DNA of 64,000 nucleotides from Gammaproteobacteria bacterium (GCA_033717875.1 JADDKJ010000001.1:27551-91550); one strand, 5' to 3'. Shown: positions 18,020 through 28,168, counted from the stretch's first letter. The notes: generated from the letters alone by a model not told the origin. Made by a program: numbers and translations.

Positions 18020-18505
18020 TTATGTGCCTTTGAGTGTGAGGTGCCCTGATGTCCGTTGTTCCGCGAGCCAGGTTTGCAGGATGATCTGCGCCGCCACCGT
18101 ATCGACGGTTTGTTTGCCGGTTTTCGCACGCCGTTTCTTCGGCGCGCCCAGCATCTCCTCGGCCGCCACGGAGGACAGCCGTTCGTCCACCAGGAACACG
18201 GGCAAACGGTAGCGTTCCCGCAGCCGGTTGCCGAAGCGCCGCGCGGCGCGTGTCATATCATGCTCGGCGCCGTCCATGTGGTACGGAATGCCGACGATCA
18301 GCGCATCGGGGCGCCAGGTTTCGATCAGGCGGCTGATGGCTTCCCAGTCGGGTGTCCCGTCCGTGGCGCGCACCGCCTCCAGCGGCGTGGTGGTGGCGGT
18401 GAGATCCTGGCCTGCCGCGACGCCGATGCGTTTCAGGCCGTAATCGAAACCGAGAAATGTGCGAGGCTTGGAACCGGGCGCTGTTTCAGGCATGCCCGAC
18501 ATCAT
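18020..18505 (-). CDS. ruvX: Holliday-junction resolvase-like RuvX/YqgF
   Basis: N-terminal LGFDYGLKRIGVA. Confidence 0.8.
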   Translation of the reverse strand: MMSGMPETAPGSKPRTFLGFDYGLKRIGVAAGQDLTATTTPLEAVRATDGTPDWEAISRLIETWRPDALIVGIPYHMDGAEHDMTRAARRFGNRLRERYRLPVFLVDERLSSVAAEEMLGAPKKRRAKTGKQTVDTVAAQIILQTWLAEQRTSGHLTLKGT

Positions 18506-19046
18506 TGGAGAGCCGGTTCAGATCCACGCCAAACAACGCCGCTGCCGCTGCCCAGCGATCTTCACTGGGCAGGTCGAAGAGGATTCTGGCATCGGCGGGT
18601 CCACTCAGCCAGGCATTGTCGGCCATCTCCTGCTCCAGTTGTCCCGGTCCCCAGCCGGCGTAGCCGAGCGCCACCAGCGCCTGCTTCGGCCCCTCGCCGC
18701 GCGCGATGGCTTCCAGAATGTCGCGCGAACTGGCGATGCCGATCTCGCCCACCCTCAGCACGCTATCCCATTCCTCGCCCGGCTGATGAATGACGAAACC
18801 GCGTTCACGGTGCAGCGGCCCGCCGGCAAAGACCGGAAGAGCGGCGATCTGCTCCGTTTTGGCGTGAATGCTCATGTGTTCGAGCACATCGCCGAGCCGG
18901 ATCTCCATCGGATGATTGATAACGATACCCAGCGCGCCCTCGCTGTTGTGTTCACAAATATACGTGACGCTGTGAAAAAAATTCGGATCCGCCAGCGCGG
19001 GCATGGCGATGAGGAATTGGTTGGTGAGCGATAGCTTCGGGATCAT
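18486..19046 (-). CDS. YqgE/AlgH-family protein (UPF0301)
   Basis: Family similarity. The start at MIPKLSLTNQFLIAMP is preferred over the track start at 19097. Confidence 0.7.
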   Translation of the reverse strand: MIPKLSLTNQFLIAMPALADPNFFHSVTYICEHNSEGALGIVINHPMEIRLGDVLEHMSIHAKTEQIAALPVFAGGPLHRERGFVIHQPGEEWDSVLRVGEIGIASSRDILEAIARGEGPKQALVALGYAGWGPGQLEQEMADNAWLSGPADARILFDLPSEDRWAAAAALFGVDLNRLSNDVGHA

Positions 19047-19111
19047 GGGGATAGTATCGGTCAAAAAGGGGGAAGGGGAAAGGGGGGTCTCCCCCATCGG
19101 GCAGCCACTGG

Positions 19112-19984
19112 CTACTGTCCCGTTTCCAGCCGATTACTCAGAAACTGCCAGGTGCGGGTGATGTGCAGCACGTCGGTATCCCTGCGCATCCCTTCGGGGA
19201 AGGCGCCGAACGGCGCGGCGAGTTTGACGATGCGCATGGCGGCGTCGTCCAGCACTTTCTCGCCCGACGAGCGGATCAGCTTGATGTCATTGACGCTGCC
19301 GTCGGGATTCAGGGCGACATCGAGCAGCAGTTGTCCGTGCAGATTGCGGCGGCGCGCCTCCTCCGGGTAGTTGAGGTTGCCAACGGTCTCGATCTTTGCC
19401 TGCCAGGCGGCGAGATAGGTCGCATCACGGTATTCGGCGGTTCTGGCCGAGATGAAGCGATGCTTGGGGCGGCGGGCATAGGTCTGGATGGAATCGCTGA
19501 GTTCGGCTTCCAGCCGCGCAATCTCGCGGCTGCGCATCACCAGCTCGACGGCGGCGGAGGGTGCATGCGGCGCGGGTGATGTTTCATCCGCGGGCGCGGT
19601 TTGCTGCTCGGGGTTGCGCTGGGTGGTGACTTGTTCAGGTGCCGGCACGGCCTTGAATGATGAGGGCGCCTGGCTGATGGGCGCATTGCCCGGAGCCGAT
19701 GAAACAGGCTCCGGTGGCGGTGCCGTGGGGCGGTGCCTGGTTTCACTCGTTCCGCCGCCTTCCTGATGCGCCTGGGCCAGAAAATCGGGATTTTCCACCT
19801 TTTTTTTGCTGGGGTTGTGAGCCAGGATGATTTCCAGCGTCGGTGTCGATGCCGGTTCTTTACTCATCTCCCGGCTGAACGTGACCCCCAGAATCACCAA
19901 CGCATGGATGACGATGGCGAAAAACAGCGTCAGGCCGAGACGGTCGGTCGGCGTAATGGGTGGAGAAGGGTTGAGGGTTGCCAT
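19112..19984 (-). CDS. tonB: energy transducer TonB (paralog 1)
   Basis: N-terminal TM helix, a Pro-rich spacer and a C-terminal TonB domain. The start at MATLNPSPP is preferred. Confidence 0.7.
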   Translation of the reverse strand: MATLNPSPPITPTDRLGLTLFFAIVIHALVILGVTFSREMSKEPASTPTLEIILAHNPSKKKVENPDFLAQAHQEGGGTSETRHRPTAPPPEPVSSAPGNAPISQAPSSFKAVPAPEQVTTQRNPEQQTAPADETSPAPHAPSAAVELVMRSREIARLEAELSDSIQTYARRPKHRFISARTAEYRDATYLAAWQAKIETVGNLNYPEEARRRNLHGQLLLDVALNPDGSVNDIKLIRSSGEKVLDDAAMRIVKLAAPFGAFPEGMRRDTDVLHITRTWQFLSNRLETGQ

Positions 19985-20129
19985 GCTAAGAGTCTGTCTA
20001 AAGTCTCGCTGAAGGGCGCATCGCGGCGTTGAAAATGTCCTCAAAATGCTCACATACTGCGTGTATGCTCCGCTTTTTCGGCCATTTTCGCCTTGCGCTG
20101 CATCCCTTGATCGAGACTTTAAATAGGCT

Positions 20130-20669
20130 CTACCGAATACGGTGCAACGTCATTTGCGCGATAACGCCACTGACTATGCCAAAAATCACCGCCGCCGTCA
20201 TCAGTACCGGCAGCAGATGAAATAATGCCGGATGAGGAATGAACAGGGTATAAGCGGCATAAAACTGCCCCGCCATGTGCGCCATGGCCGCCAGCACGCT
20301 ATAGCCAACCGCGCCGAAGCCCCGCCCCGGCAGCACGCCCGACAGCCGCCAGGCCAGTCCCAAGGTGATGATGCTGGCTACCGCGCCGCTCAGGCTGAGC
20401 ATGAACGTAGGGGAAAGAAACGTACCCAACAACAAGCTCCCCACCACCACCCGCAAACCCGTGATCCACGCCGCGGTCGACCAGCCGAACTGGATCAGCG
20501 CCAAAACGGTAATGACATTCGCCAGCCCCGGCTTCACTCCCGGCAGCGGGCTGGGCAAAGCGCTTTCCGCGATATGGATAGTGATCGCCAGCGCGGTAAG
20601 CCAGGCGATGCGGTGGTCGTCTGGGGTGGTATGCAGGATCACGGAATACTGCCGCCTATTGCACCCCAT
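20130..20669 (-). CDS. Gx-transporter family membrane protein (heptaprenyl diphosphate synthase component I-like, PF07456-like)
   Basis: Five to six TM helices. It overlaps the upstream Fic gene by 31 nt. Confidence 0.55.
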   Translation of the reverse strand: MGCNRRQYSVILHTTPDDHRIAWLTALAITIHIAESALPSPLPGVKPGLANVITVLALIQFGWSTAAWITGLRVVVGSLLLGTFLSPTFMLSLSGAVASIITLGLAWRLSGVLPGRGFGAVGYSVLAAMAHMAGQFYAAYTLFIPHPALFHLLPVLMTAAVIFGIVSGVIAQMTLHRIR

Positions 20670-22174
20670 TCCCGCGCGTATCCTTCCCGAACGGCGTTTT
20701 CCATGCTGGCCAACTCGTCATCGGTCAGGAACCCGAAATGCGATTCCCTCTTTCTCGCCGAAAGACGCCCATTGTTTTGCAGGCAGAGCTGGATAAAAAG
20801 ATCGATGAGGCGGTCAGGCATGTCCACGATTTCCTGAATGGCCTGCCTGGTCCTGTCGTAATTGGCCAAAAAATCGAGTTCTTCCACCAGCTCGTGCTCA
20901 ATGGTGAGTGTGACGAAATCGTACAACGCCTCCGCCTGTGTGGTTATGTCGATATACCGATACAGACGACCGGTTTCACCCGGCACGGTCATCTGGCCGA
21001 GATCGTCCAGGTCGTATTCAACCAGCCGCATTAGCGGGGTTGAGAACGCCTCCAGGGAGTGATCGTAAAGCGCCGGATTTTTCAGCATGGCGGCGGAGAC
21101 CGGGAACATAAGCCCTTTCGGAATCGCGCCGCGCAGGAACAGGATGTTGTGAATGAGAAACCGGTGAATACGGCCGTTGCCATCCTCGAAGGGATGCATG
21201 AAGACGAACCCGTAGGAAATGGCGGCGGCATGGATAATGGCGGGGACCGCGCCTTCCTTCATCACTTGGTGGGCCGTGATCAGCCCCTCCATCAGTTCCG
21301 GGAGATCGTCAGGCTTCGGGCAGACATAATGAACGCGCTGTTTCTGGTAAGAAATCGTCTGACCGATGTAGTTCTGGTTGGTCCGGTAGTCCGTGTCCCG
21401 GAACCTGGGATCGACGATGCGGTTCTGCACATCGATCAGGAGAGGCTTCTCGCAAAAGTTCTTGTGCTCGGCCATCTCCAGCAAGCCGATGAATTTTTCT
21501 GTCCGGGAGGCGCTTGGCTTGATGTGTTCGATCTCGAATGAGGATTTGGTCTCTTTGTTGTAGAGATAGCTCAGTGCCCGTCTGAGAAGCTCCGGTGGAT
21601 AGGAGGTCACGACCTCTTCACACCGTTTCCTTAAGGAGATTCCCTCCATGGCGGCGAGTTTTTCGGTGCGCCGGACGATGGGGCAGAAATCTTTCCCGCC
21701 AAGCAGATTGTCGATGACCCTCTGACGCTGCACGCGACGACCGGGCGCTGCGGTGTAGTAACGGTCCGATTCCAGCAGCTCGATGTAATTCCCCTTGGTC
21801 AGATCCGGCAGCGGGAGTTCCCGCCCGGTCAGGAATTCATATAGGAACCAGACCCTGCGGGCGTATTTGCCGGTTGGTTTCGAGCGAATCCAGGCCGCTA
21901 TCTCGTCTGCCGGGACCACGTCGAACAGGGCCGACAGAAGTCCTAAGTTGACGCCATCATATTTGAGGGCGAACTCCAGATGATCTCCCGTCCCGTCTCC
22001 AGGCCAATAGGATTGGGGATAGACGGATTCCACCTGCCCATTCTGAATGGTCGAACGCAGTGTCCCGGTCGGGCTGATGGAGGACGCGTGCCAGTTCGGC
22101 AAAGCGCTCAAGTCGTACTGCTCGATCAGAAACGCATAGCCCGCCAGCCGGTTCTGTGTCGTGTCCAACATCAT
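20639..22174 (-). CDS. Fic-family protein (511 aa) with a long uncharacterised N-terminal region
   Basis: Canonical Fic motif HPFEDGNGRIHRF. Confidence 0.8.
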   Translation of the reverse strand: MMLDTTQNRLAGYAFLIEQYDLSALPNWHASSISPTGTLRSTIQNGQVESVYPQSYWPGDGTGDHLEFALKYDGVNLGLLSALFDVVPADEIAAWIRSKPTGKYARRVWFLYEFLTGRELPLPDLTKGNYIELLESDRYYTAAPGRRVQRQRVIDNLLGGKDFCPIVRRTEKLAAMEGISLRKRCEEVVTSYPPELLRRALSYLYNKETKSSFEIEHIKPSASRTEKFIGLLEMAEHKNFCEKPLLIDVQNRIVDPRFRDTDYRTNQNYIGQTISYQKQRVHYVCPKPDDLPELMEGLITAHQVMKEGAVPAIIHAAAISYGFVFMHPFEDGNGRIHRFLIHNILFLRGAIPKGLMFPVSAAMLKNPALYDHSLEAFSTPLMRLVEYDLDDLGQMTVPGETGRLYRYIDITTQAEALYDFVTLTIEHELVEELDFLANYDRTRQAIQEIVDMPDRLIDLFIQLCLQNNGRLSARKRESHFGFLTDDELASMENAVREGYAREWGAIGGSIP

Positions 22175-22612
22175 CGTACCTCAAAAATTCGATGGGAATG
22201 AATTTTGGCGTCAGTCCCGAAGGGGCGAGGCGCAGGGACGCGCCGCACAAAAAATCGTTACGGTACTAAAAAAATGATTACTATGATGGTTTATTATAAA
22301 AATATAGTTACTTTGGCGGCGATATTCAAGAGAATTGTTTGGTGGCTGGAGTACGTTCAGCCTCAAGAGGTGCGGGATCGTTCATGTGGATTTCTGGCGG
22401 GTCTTGCCCGACACGGGCTGTTGAGGGCAGGCCAATGGGTGACCCTTGATCGCTACAAGGAAGGTGATAATGACGATCGGCGGTATGGCGAGCCGGTTTG
22501 ATTGTGCGCATGGCGCACGCTACAGTTTTTCACGAGAAACGATCACCCCAAAAAAATCCGCAAATCCCATTGAGAATCAATGTATAATGCGGCTTCTGGC
22601 GATCTGGGGAAA

Positions 22613-22699
22613 TGGTGCCGAGGAGAGGACTTGAACCTCCACGGGGTTGCCCCCGCTAGCACCTGAAGCTAGTGCGTCTACCAATTTCGCCACCTCGGC
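22613..22699 (-). tRNA. tRNA-Leu (anticodon CAG), 87 nt including CCA
   Basis: Reverse complement reads GCCGAGGTGGCGAAATTGGTAGACGCACTAGCTTCAGGTGCTAGCGGGGGCAACCCGTGGAGGTTCAAGTCCTCTCCTCGGCACCA. It has a long variable arm and a CAG anticodon loop. Confidence 0.85.
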
Positions 22700-22800
22700 A
22701 AGGTGTGGCGGTTGAAGTATCAACCGGAAGAGCTGCGCAATTTACAGGGCGCCACTTTTCTTGTCAATGGGTCTCTTTATTTTGTTAATCCCGGCCTCAC

Positions 22801-22886
22801 ATAGATCATCGTTACCCTCATCCCGTCCCTCTTCTCCCGCACGCGGGATGAAGAGCTGGAAAGCAGGTGTATTTGATCGCCGGGTT
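22801..22886. repeat. structured intergenic repeat, copy 2 (see 11118-11199)
   Basis: Shared flanks tagatcRtcRttaccctcaYccc ... tgtatttgatcgccgggtt around a central hairpin ctcttctcccgc-acg-cgggatgaagag. Confidence 0.7.
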
Positions 22887-22986
22887 TAACCACGAAAATG
22901 GAAGAAATAGATAAATAAATGAATAGCGTACAATCAAAAATTATTGTTTCGGCGATGGCCGCGGCAAGCGGCGAGAGGTGCGGTTG

Positions 22987-25311
22987 ATGGCGCGGCGTCG
23001 TTCCAAGGAAAAGGCCGATCCCCACGCCGAACGTGAGGCGGCCAAATACGAGCGGCCCATTCCCAGCCGCGAATTCATCATGCAGCTTCTGCAGGAGCGG
23101 GAGGAGCCGCTCACGGGGGAGCGGATCGTCGAGGCGCTGGGGTTGACCGATGAGACGGATCAGGAGTCGTTGCGCCGCCGGCTGAACGCCATGGAGCGTG
23201 ATGGCCAGGTGGTGCGCAACCGGCGCGGCGGCTATGGTCTAGTGGACAAGATGGATCTGGTGCGCGGCCGGGTGATCGGGCATCCCGACGGCTTTGGTTT
23301 TCTCGTGCCCGATGAAGGCGGCGACGACCTCTATCTGTCGCCGCGCCAGATGCGGTTTTGCATCCATGGCGACCGCGCCGTGGCGCGCATTTCCGGCATC
23401 GACCGCCGTGGCCGCCGCGAGGGCGTGCTGGTGGAGATCCTGGAACGCGGCACGCAGCGTGTCGTGGGCCGTTTTTACAAGCAGGAAGAACAGGTCGGGG
23501 TCGTCGTTCCCGACAACAAGCGCATCACGCATGACATTCTGGTGCCGGCGGATCACCAGGGTGCGGCGCGCCACGATCAGATCGTGGTGGTGGAGTTGCT
23601 TCAGCAGCCGGACAAGTACACCCGTCCGTTGGGGCGGGTGATCGAGGTGCTGGGCGATCACATGGCGCCGGGTCTTGAGATCGAGGTTGCCATCCGCTCG
23701 CATGAAATCCCCCTGGAGTGGCCGGAGGGTGTGCGCGACGAGATCGCCGGGTTGTCTCCCGAAGTGCCGGAAGAGGCCAAGGAAGGGCGGGTGGATTTGC
23801 GCGAGGTGCCGCTGGTGACCATCGACGGGGCCGATGCGCGCGATTTTGACGACGCCGTGTATTGCGAACGCCGCCGCGGCGGCTGGCGCTTGCTGGTGGC
23901 GATCGCCGACGTCTCTTCCTATGTGGACCCTTACACCGCGTTGGATAACGAGGCGCGCGAACGCGGCAACTCCGTTTATTTTCCGCAGCGCGTGATCCCC
24001 ATGCTGCCGGAGATCCTGTCGAACGGACTGTGCTCGCTCAATCCGCACGTCGACCGGCTGTGTCTGGTGTGCGAGATGTTCATCGACGACGAGGGCGAGA
24101 TCACCCGTCATCGCTTTTTCGAAGGGGTGATGCGCTCCGCCGCGCGACTGATTTATGACGATGTGGCCGCGATGCTGGCGGGCGAAGAACCGGCGCTGCG
24201 TGAAAAGCACGCCGTATTACTGCCCCATCTCGAAGAGCTGTATGCCTTGTACAAGGCGCTTTATCAGGCGCGTCAGCGGCGCGGCGCCATCGATTTCGAA
24301 ACCACCGAGACGCGCATCGTCTTTGGCCCGGAACGCAAGATCGACCGCATCGTGCCCGTGGTGCGCAACGACGCCCACCGCATCATCGAAGAGTGCATGA
24401 TCGCGGCCAATGTCGCGGCGGCGCGGTTTCTGCTCAATCGCAAGATTCCCGCCGTCTATCGCGTGCATCCCGGGCCCACCACGGAGAAGCTGGCCGACCT
24501 GCGCGCGTTTCTGGGCGAGGTGGGGCTGGCCCTGCGCGGTGGCAAGGAGCCCGAGGCGAGACACTATGCCGAGCTGCTGAACCAGGTGCGCGGCCGCCCC
24601 GATCATCGTTTGCTCCAGACCGTGATGCTGCGTTCGCTGGGGCAGGCGACCTATCACCCGGAAAACACCGGGCACTTCGGTCTGGCTCACGAGGCCTATA
24701 CCCATTTCACTTCACCGATCCGCCGCTATCCCGATTTGCTGGTGCATCGCGCCATCCGTCATGCCGTGGCGGGAAAGAAAGCCAAAACATTTAACTACGC
24801 GGTGGAGGATATGGAGTCGTTCGGCGCGAACTGTTCCACCACCGAGCGCCGCGCCGACGAGGCGACGCGCGACGCCGTCGACTGGTTGAAGTGCGAGTTC
24901 ATGCTCGACAAGGTGGGCGAGGAATTCGATGGCATCATCAGCAGCGTGACATCGTTCGGCATCTTCGTCGAGTTGAAGGAAATCTATGTCGAGGGCCTGG
25001 TGCATGTAACGGCGCTGAAGAATGACTACTACCATTTCGACAGCGTCGGCCATCGCCTGCGCGGCGAGCATACCGGCAAGGTCTATCGCTTGTCCGACCC
25101 GGTGCGGATTCGCGTGATGCGCGTCGATCTCGATAATCGGAGAATCGATTTTGATCTCGCCGAAGCTCAGCCCGAGGAGCGCGCGGCGAAAAAGAAGAAA
25201 AAGGTAGAAAGCCCTGCGACGCCGAAAGAAGGACAAGCGAAAGCGGAAGAAACGCCAAAGGCGGCCAAAAAGAAGCGCAAGCCTCGTAGAAGGCGGAAGA
25301 AAGCGGCGTGA
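22987..25311 (+). CDS. rnr: ribonuclease R
   Basis: RNB catalytic domain, S1 domain and a Lys-rich C-terminal tail. The ATG at 22987 has RBS gagagg; the GTG at 22978 is an alternative start. Confidence 0.9.
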   Translation: MARRRSKEKADPHAEREAAKYERPIPSREFIMQLLQEREEPLTGERIVEALGLTDETDQESLRRRLNAMERDGQVVRNRRGGYGLVDKMDLVRGRVIGHPDGFGFLVPDEGGDDLYLSPRQMRFCIHGDRAVARISGIDRRGRREGVLVEILERGTQRVVGRFYKQEEQVGVVVPDNKRITHDILVPADHQGAARHDQIVVVELLQQPDKYTRPLGRVIEVLGDHMAPGLEIEVAIRSHEIPLEWPEGVRDEIAGLSPEVPEEAKEGRVDLREVPLVTIDGADARDFDDAVYCERRRGGWRLLVAIADVSSYVDPYTALDNEARERGNSVYFPQRVIPMLPEILSNGLCSLNPHVDRLCLVCEMFIDDEGEITRHRFFEGVMRSAARLIYDDVAAMLAGEEPALREKHAVLLPHLEELYALYKALYQARQRRGAIDFETTETRIVFGPERKIDRIVPVVRNDAHRIIEECMIAANVAAARFLLNRKIPAVYRVHPGPTTEKLADLRAFLGEVGLALRGGKEPEARHYAELLNQVRGRPDHRLLQTVMLRSLGQATYHPENTGHFGLAHEAYTHFTSPIRRYPDLLVHRAIRHAVAGKKAKTFNYAVEDMESFGANCSTTERRADEATRDAVDWLKCEFMLDKVGEEFDGIISSVTSFGIFVELKEIYVEGLVHVTALKNDYYHFDSVGHRLRGEHTGKVYRLSDPVRIRVMRVDLDNRRIDFDLAEAQPEERAAKKKKKVESPATPKEGQAKAEETPKAAKKKRKPRRRRKKAA

Positions 25312-26054
25312 AGAACGGGCAACAATGGATTTATGGCCTGCATGCCGTCCAGGCGGCGCTGGAACGCAACCCCGGCAGCATCACTGAAGTATGGATCGAA
25401 AAGGATCGCAAGGATGCGCGTGTGCAAGCCGTTCTCGATGCGGTGGCGTCGCACCGTGTCGAGGTGCGCAAGGTGTTACGCAAGGAACTCGATGCCCTCG
25501 CGCCCGACGCGCGGCATCAGGGCGTGGCCGCGCGCATGCAGGGCAAGGAGGCTGGATGCGAGGAGGATCTTGAACAACTGCTGGATGGCTTGACCGAACC
25601 GCCCTTCCTGTTGATCCTCGATGGCGTGCAAGACCCGCATAATCTCGGCGCCTGCCTGCGCAGCGCCGCCGCCGCTGGTGTTCAGGCCCTGATCGCTCCC
25701 CGCGATCGCGCCGTCGGCCTCACCCCCGTGGTGCGCAAGGTCGCCAGCGGCGCGGCCGAGATCGTTCCCTTTATTCAAGTTACCAATCTTGCTCGCACGT
25801 TGCGCATGCTCAAAGAGCGCGGTATCTGGCTGGTGGGCGCGGATGCCGATGGCGACGGCGATCTCTTCAGCGTCGATCTACGTGGCCCCCTGGCGGTGGT
25901 GATGGGCGCGGAAGGCCAAGGTCTGCGCCGCCTCACCAAGGAACATTGCGATACCCTGGCCCGCATTCCGATGACAGGGCGGGTGGAAAGCCTGAACGTC
26001 TCTGTCGCTACCGGGGTTTTTTTGTTCGAGGCGGTGCGGCAGCGGCGGATTTAG
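25308..26054 (+). CDS. rlmB: 23S rRNA (guanosine-2'-O)-methyltransferase RlmB (SpoU family)
   Basis: SpoU/TrmH motifs. Confidence 0.85.
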   Translation: MKNGQQWIYGLHAVQAALERNPGSITEVWIEKDRKDARVQAVLDAVASHRVEVRKVLRKELDALAPDARHQGVAARMQGKEAGCEEDLEQLLDGLTEPPFLLILDGVQDPHNLGACLRSAAAAGVQALIAPRDRAVGLTPVVRKVASGAAEIVPFIQVTNLARTLRMLKERGIWLVGADADGDGDLFSVDLRGPLAVVMGAEGQGLRRLTKEHCDTLARIPMTGRVESLNVSVATGVFLFEAVRQRRI

Positions 26055-26172
26055 CGAACGCTGTGGAACGACTCCCCGCTTTTTCAAGGCGGGGTGGCGC
26101 GTTAGCGCCGGGGTGGTTGCGATTGAAGGCCGGGATACTTTCCACCACCCCGTCGCCTACGGCGACACCCTT

Positions 26173-26212
26173 CCTCGCATGAGGAGGGGAATAAGTTCCA
26201 AACAGAAGGGCA
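26173..26212. repeat. hairpin repeat (cccttcctcgcatgaggaggggaataagttccaaac), copy 2 of the 6500-6537 element
   Basis: About 85% identical to 6500-6537, with the same position relative to a minus-strand gene end. Confidence 0.65.
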
Positions 26213-26240
26213 CCTGCACCAAGTTCCCCTCCGGCGGAGG

Positions 26241-27311
26241 CTATCCCTTCAGTCCCAACGGATCCTGCCAGTCCACGCCTTCCATGAACGGCAGGCGCCG
26301 GTCGTTGTTGGTGATTTGATAGACTTTTCCGATCCAGTTGTTGATCACCGCTTCGGCGGTGTCATGCCAAGTGTTGTCCAGGCTGGGAATGATGAGTGAT
26401 TCAGGCAGGGTGGGGATGGCTTCGCCGCGCGCGCGGGCGGTGATGACCTGTATCTGGTGTTCTTCGAGGATGGCCTGGATGCGGCGGGTGAAGTAATTCT
26501 CCGGCAGCGGCGGATAGTCGTCGCGTTCGCCGCGCACATGGCGCATGACTTCGCGTTTGTATTCCTTGAGCAGGCTTACGGTGTCATATTCCGGGTGTCC
26601 CTGGAAAAAGACGATGCGGAAGAGGTCCTCGCTCACCGCCAGGTGTACGCCCGCGGTGTCGCTTTCAGCCAGCACATGCACGCCGGCGGTTTCGAATTGG
26701 GCGCGCGAGATGTCGTTGAAGCGCGAGTGGGGCACGTCGAAACGGGTATTGACGCCCAGCGTCAAGGGGTGATGCCGGTCCACCACGCGGTGCGAGTACA
26801 CGCCCCAGCGCTTGAATCCCATGTGGCGCCGTTTCTGGCCGTAGCGGAATTCCATCACCGCGTGGGTGGCGAGGCAGGAGCACAAGGTGGATGTGACGTT
26901 CGCATAGGCCCAATCGATCACCTCGATCAACGGTTGCCAGAAGGGCTCCAGCGCGAGATCGGGCTGGGTGACGTTGGCGCCGGTGATGATCAGCGCATCC
27001 AGCCCCTGGGCCTTGATGTCATCGAAGGTCTCGTAATAACGATCGACATGCACCCTGCCTTCCGGGCCGCGCGGCAGCTCGCGCAGGGTGAAGGGGTGCA
27101 TGTAGAACTGAGCGATCTGGTTGGCCTCGCCGACCAGGCGGAAAAACTGGCGCTCCGTGGCTTCCAGGGCGGCATCAGGCATCATGTTGAGCAGGCCGAT
27201 GTGCAGCTCGCGGATGTCCTGCGTGACGGCGGCATCGCGCGGCACGATGGTTTCGCCTTCTTCCTCCAGGCGTTGGAAGGCGGGCAGCTCGGAATTGGCG
27301 ACCAAAGGCAC
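26241..27311 (-). CDS. metA: homoserine O-succinyl/acetyltransferase (MetA family)
   Basis: Full-length MetA-like sequence. Confidence 0.85.
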   Translation of the reverse strand: MPLVANSELPAFQRLEEEGETIVPRDAAVTQDIRELHIGLLNMMPDAALEATERQFFRLVGEANQIAQFYMHPFTLRELPRGPEGRVHVDRYYETFDDIKAQGLDALIITGANVTQPDLALEPFWQPLIEVIDWAYANVTSTLCSCLATHAVMEFRYGQKRRHMGFKRWGVYSHRVVDRHHPLTLGVNTRFDVPHSRFNDISRAQFETAGVHVLAESDTAGVHLAVSEDLFRIVFFQGHPEYDTVSLLKEYKREVMRHVRGERDDYPPLPENYFTRRIQAILEEHQIQVITARARGEAIPTLPESLIIPSLDNTWHDTAEAVINNWIGKVYQITNNDRRLPFMEGVDWQDPLGLKG

Positions 27312-27313
27312 GG

Positions 27314-28168
27314 TTACGTCCTCTCAGGCTTGCGGGAGAGGAGGTTTTCCACCAGATGTAGAAAATCGGCCTCGTCCTGCACCTGCCACAGTTCGTCGGT
27401 GGTGAGGGTGTGGCCGTAACGCGCGGCGATGGCTTCGTAGCGCGGTATGCGTGAGTAAAACAGGCGCGGGAACATCCAGCGCACGAAGTCGTCGGGGTCG
27501 ATCATGGCCACATAGGGCAGGCCGCGGTCGCGCAGGTAGATCTCCAACTGTTCGTCGAGGAAGGCTTCGCGGTAATAGAGCGGTTTGGGCGCTTGTTCAG
27601 CGCGGCGGATGAGTTCCTGTTCGTCCTTTGTGGTGGCTTTGATGTACAGGATCAGCGTGTGTTTGGCGAGGATTTGCAGCGTTTCCTCGTCATCCAGCTC
27701 GCACAGACTGCCGCCGGCGTCGTTGACGAAATGCTGGTAGCCGTAGATCTCCCGCGCCTTGCCGATGAACTCGGGCACATCGCGCATGGCGGCGATTTCC
27801 GCCGTGTGATGCAAGCTCTGGCGGCGTTTGAATTCCGCAAGCCCCAGCCCGCCCTTTTCCGGGTCTCCGAGTTTGCCGAGAAAACTGGAGACGGGTTTCA
27901 GGTTGTCCACGGTGATATTGTTGGCGATGTAAATGGAATCCGAGCGCAGCAGATCGCGCAGGAAGGGGATTTGCATCAGTTGCTGCTTGATGTTGTCGAG
28001 AATCGGTTCGTCCAGATAACGGGTGCCGATACGATAATCGCCGGAGTAGTGAAACCAGTTGTTCTGGCGCAACAGGGCGGCAAGCTGGGTCTTGCCCACC
28101 CCGGACATGCCCAGCAGGGTGATACGCTTGTTTTTCCAGGCTCGAAATTCGTCGGGTGTCAATTTCAC
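27314..28168 (-). CDS. P-loop NTPase, conserved hypothetical
   Basis: Walker A motif GMSGVGKT near the N-terminus; the rest is not assignable. It lies 2 nt upstream of metA. Confidence 0.5.
   Translation of the reverse strand: MKLTPDEFRAWKNKRITLLGMSGVGKTQLAALLRQNNWFHYSGDYRIGTRYLDEPILDNIKQQLMQIPFLRDLLRSDSIYIANNITVDNLKPVSSFLGKLGDPEKGGLGLAEFKRRQSLHHTAEIAAMRDVPEFIGKAREIYGYQHFVNDAGGSLCELDDEETLQILAKHTLILYIKATTKDEQELIRRAEQAPKPLYYREAFLDEQLEIYLRDRGLPYVAMIDPDDFVRWMFPRLFYSRIPRYEAIAARYGHTLTTDELWQVQDEADFLHLVENLLSRKPERT

Noticed and set aside
19112-19984. The Pro-rich stretch in TonB paralog 1, as a possible repeat expansion
   Set aside because: Pro-rich spacers are intrinsic to TonB proteins.
22446-22634. 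A 62-aa plus-strand ORF with an RBS-like sequence that runs into tRNA-Leu
   Set aside because: It overlaps the tRNA gene on the opposite strand, has no similarity and is probably fortuitous. A TATAAT at 22583-22588 has no obvious downstream gene.
25150-25311. The Lys/Ala-rich C-terminal tail of RNase R (AKKKKKVESPATPKEGQAKAEETPKAAKKKRKPRRRRKKAA) as a possible tandem repeat or fusion
   Set aside because: A basic low-complexity tail is a normal feature of RNase R proteins.
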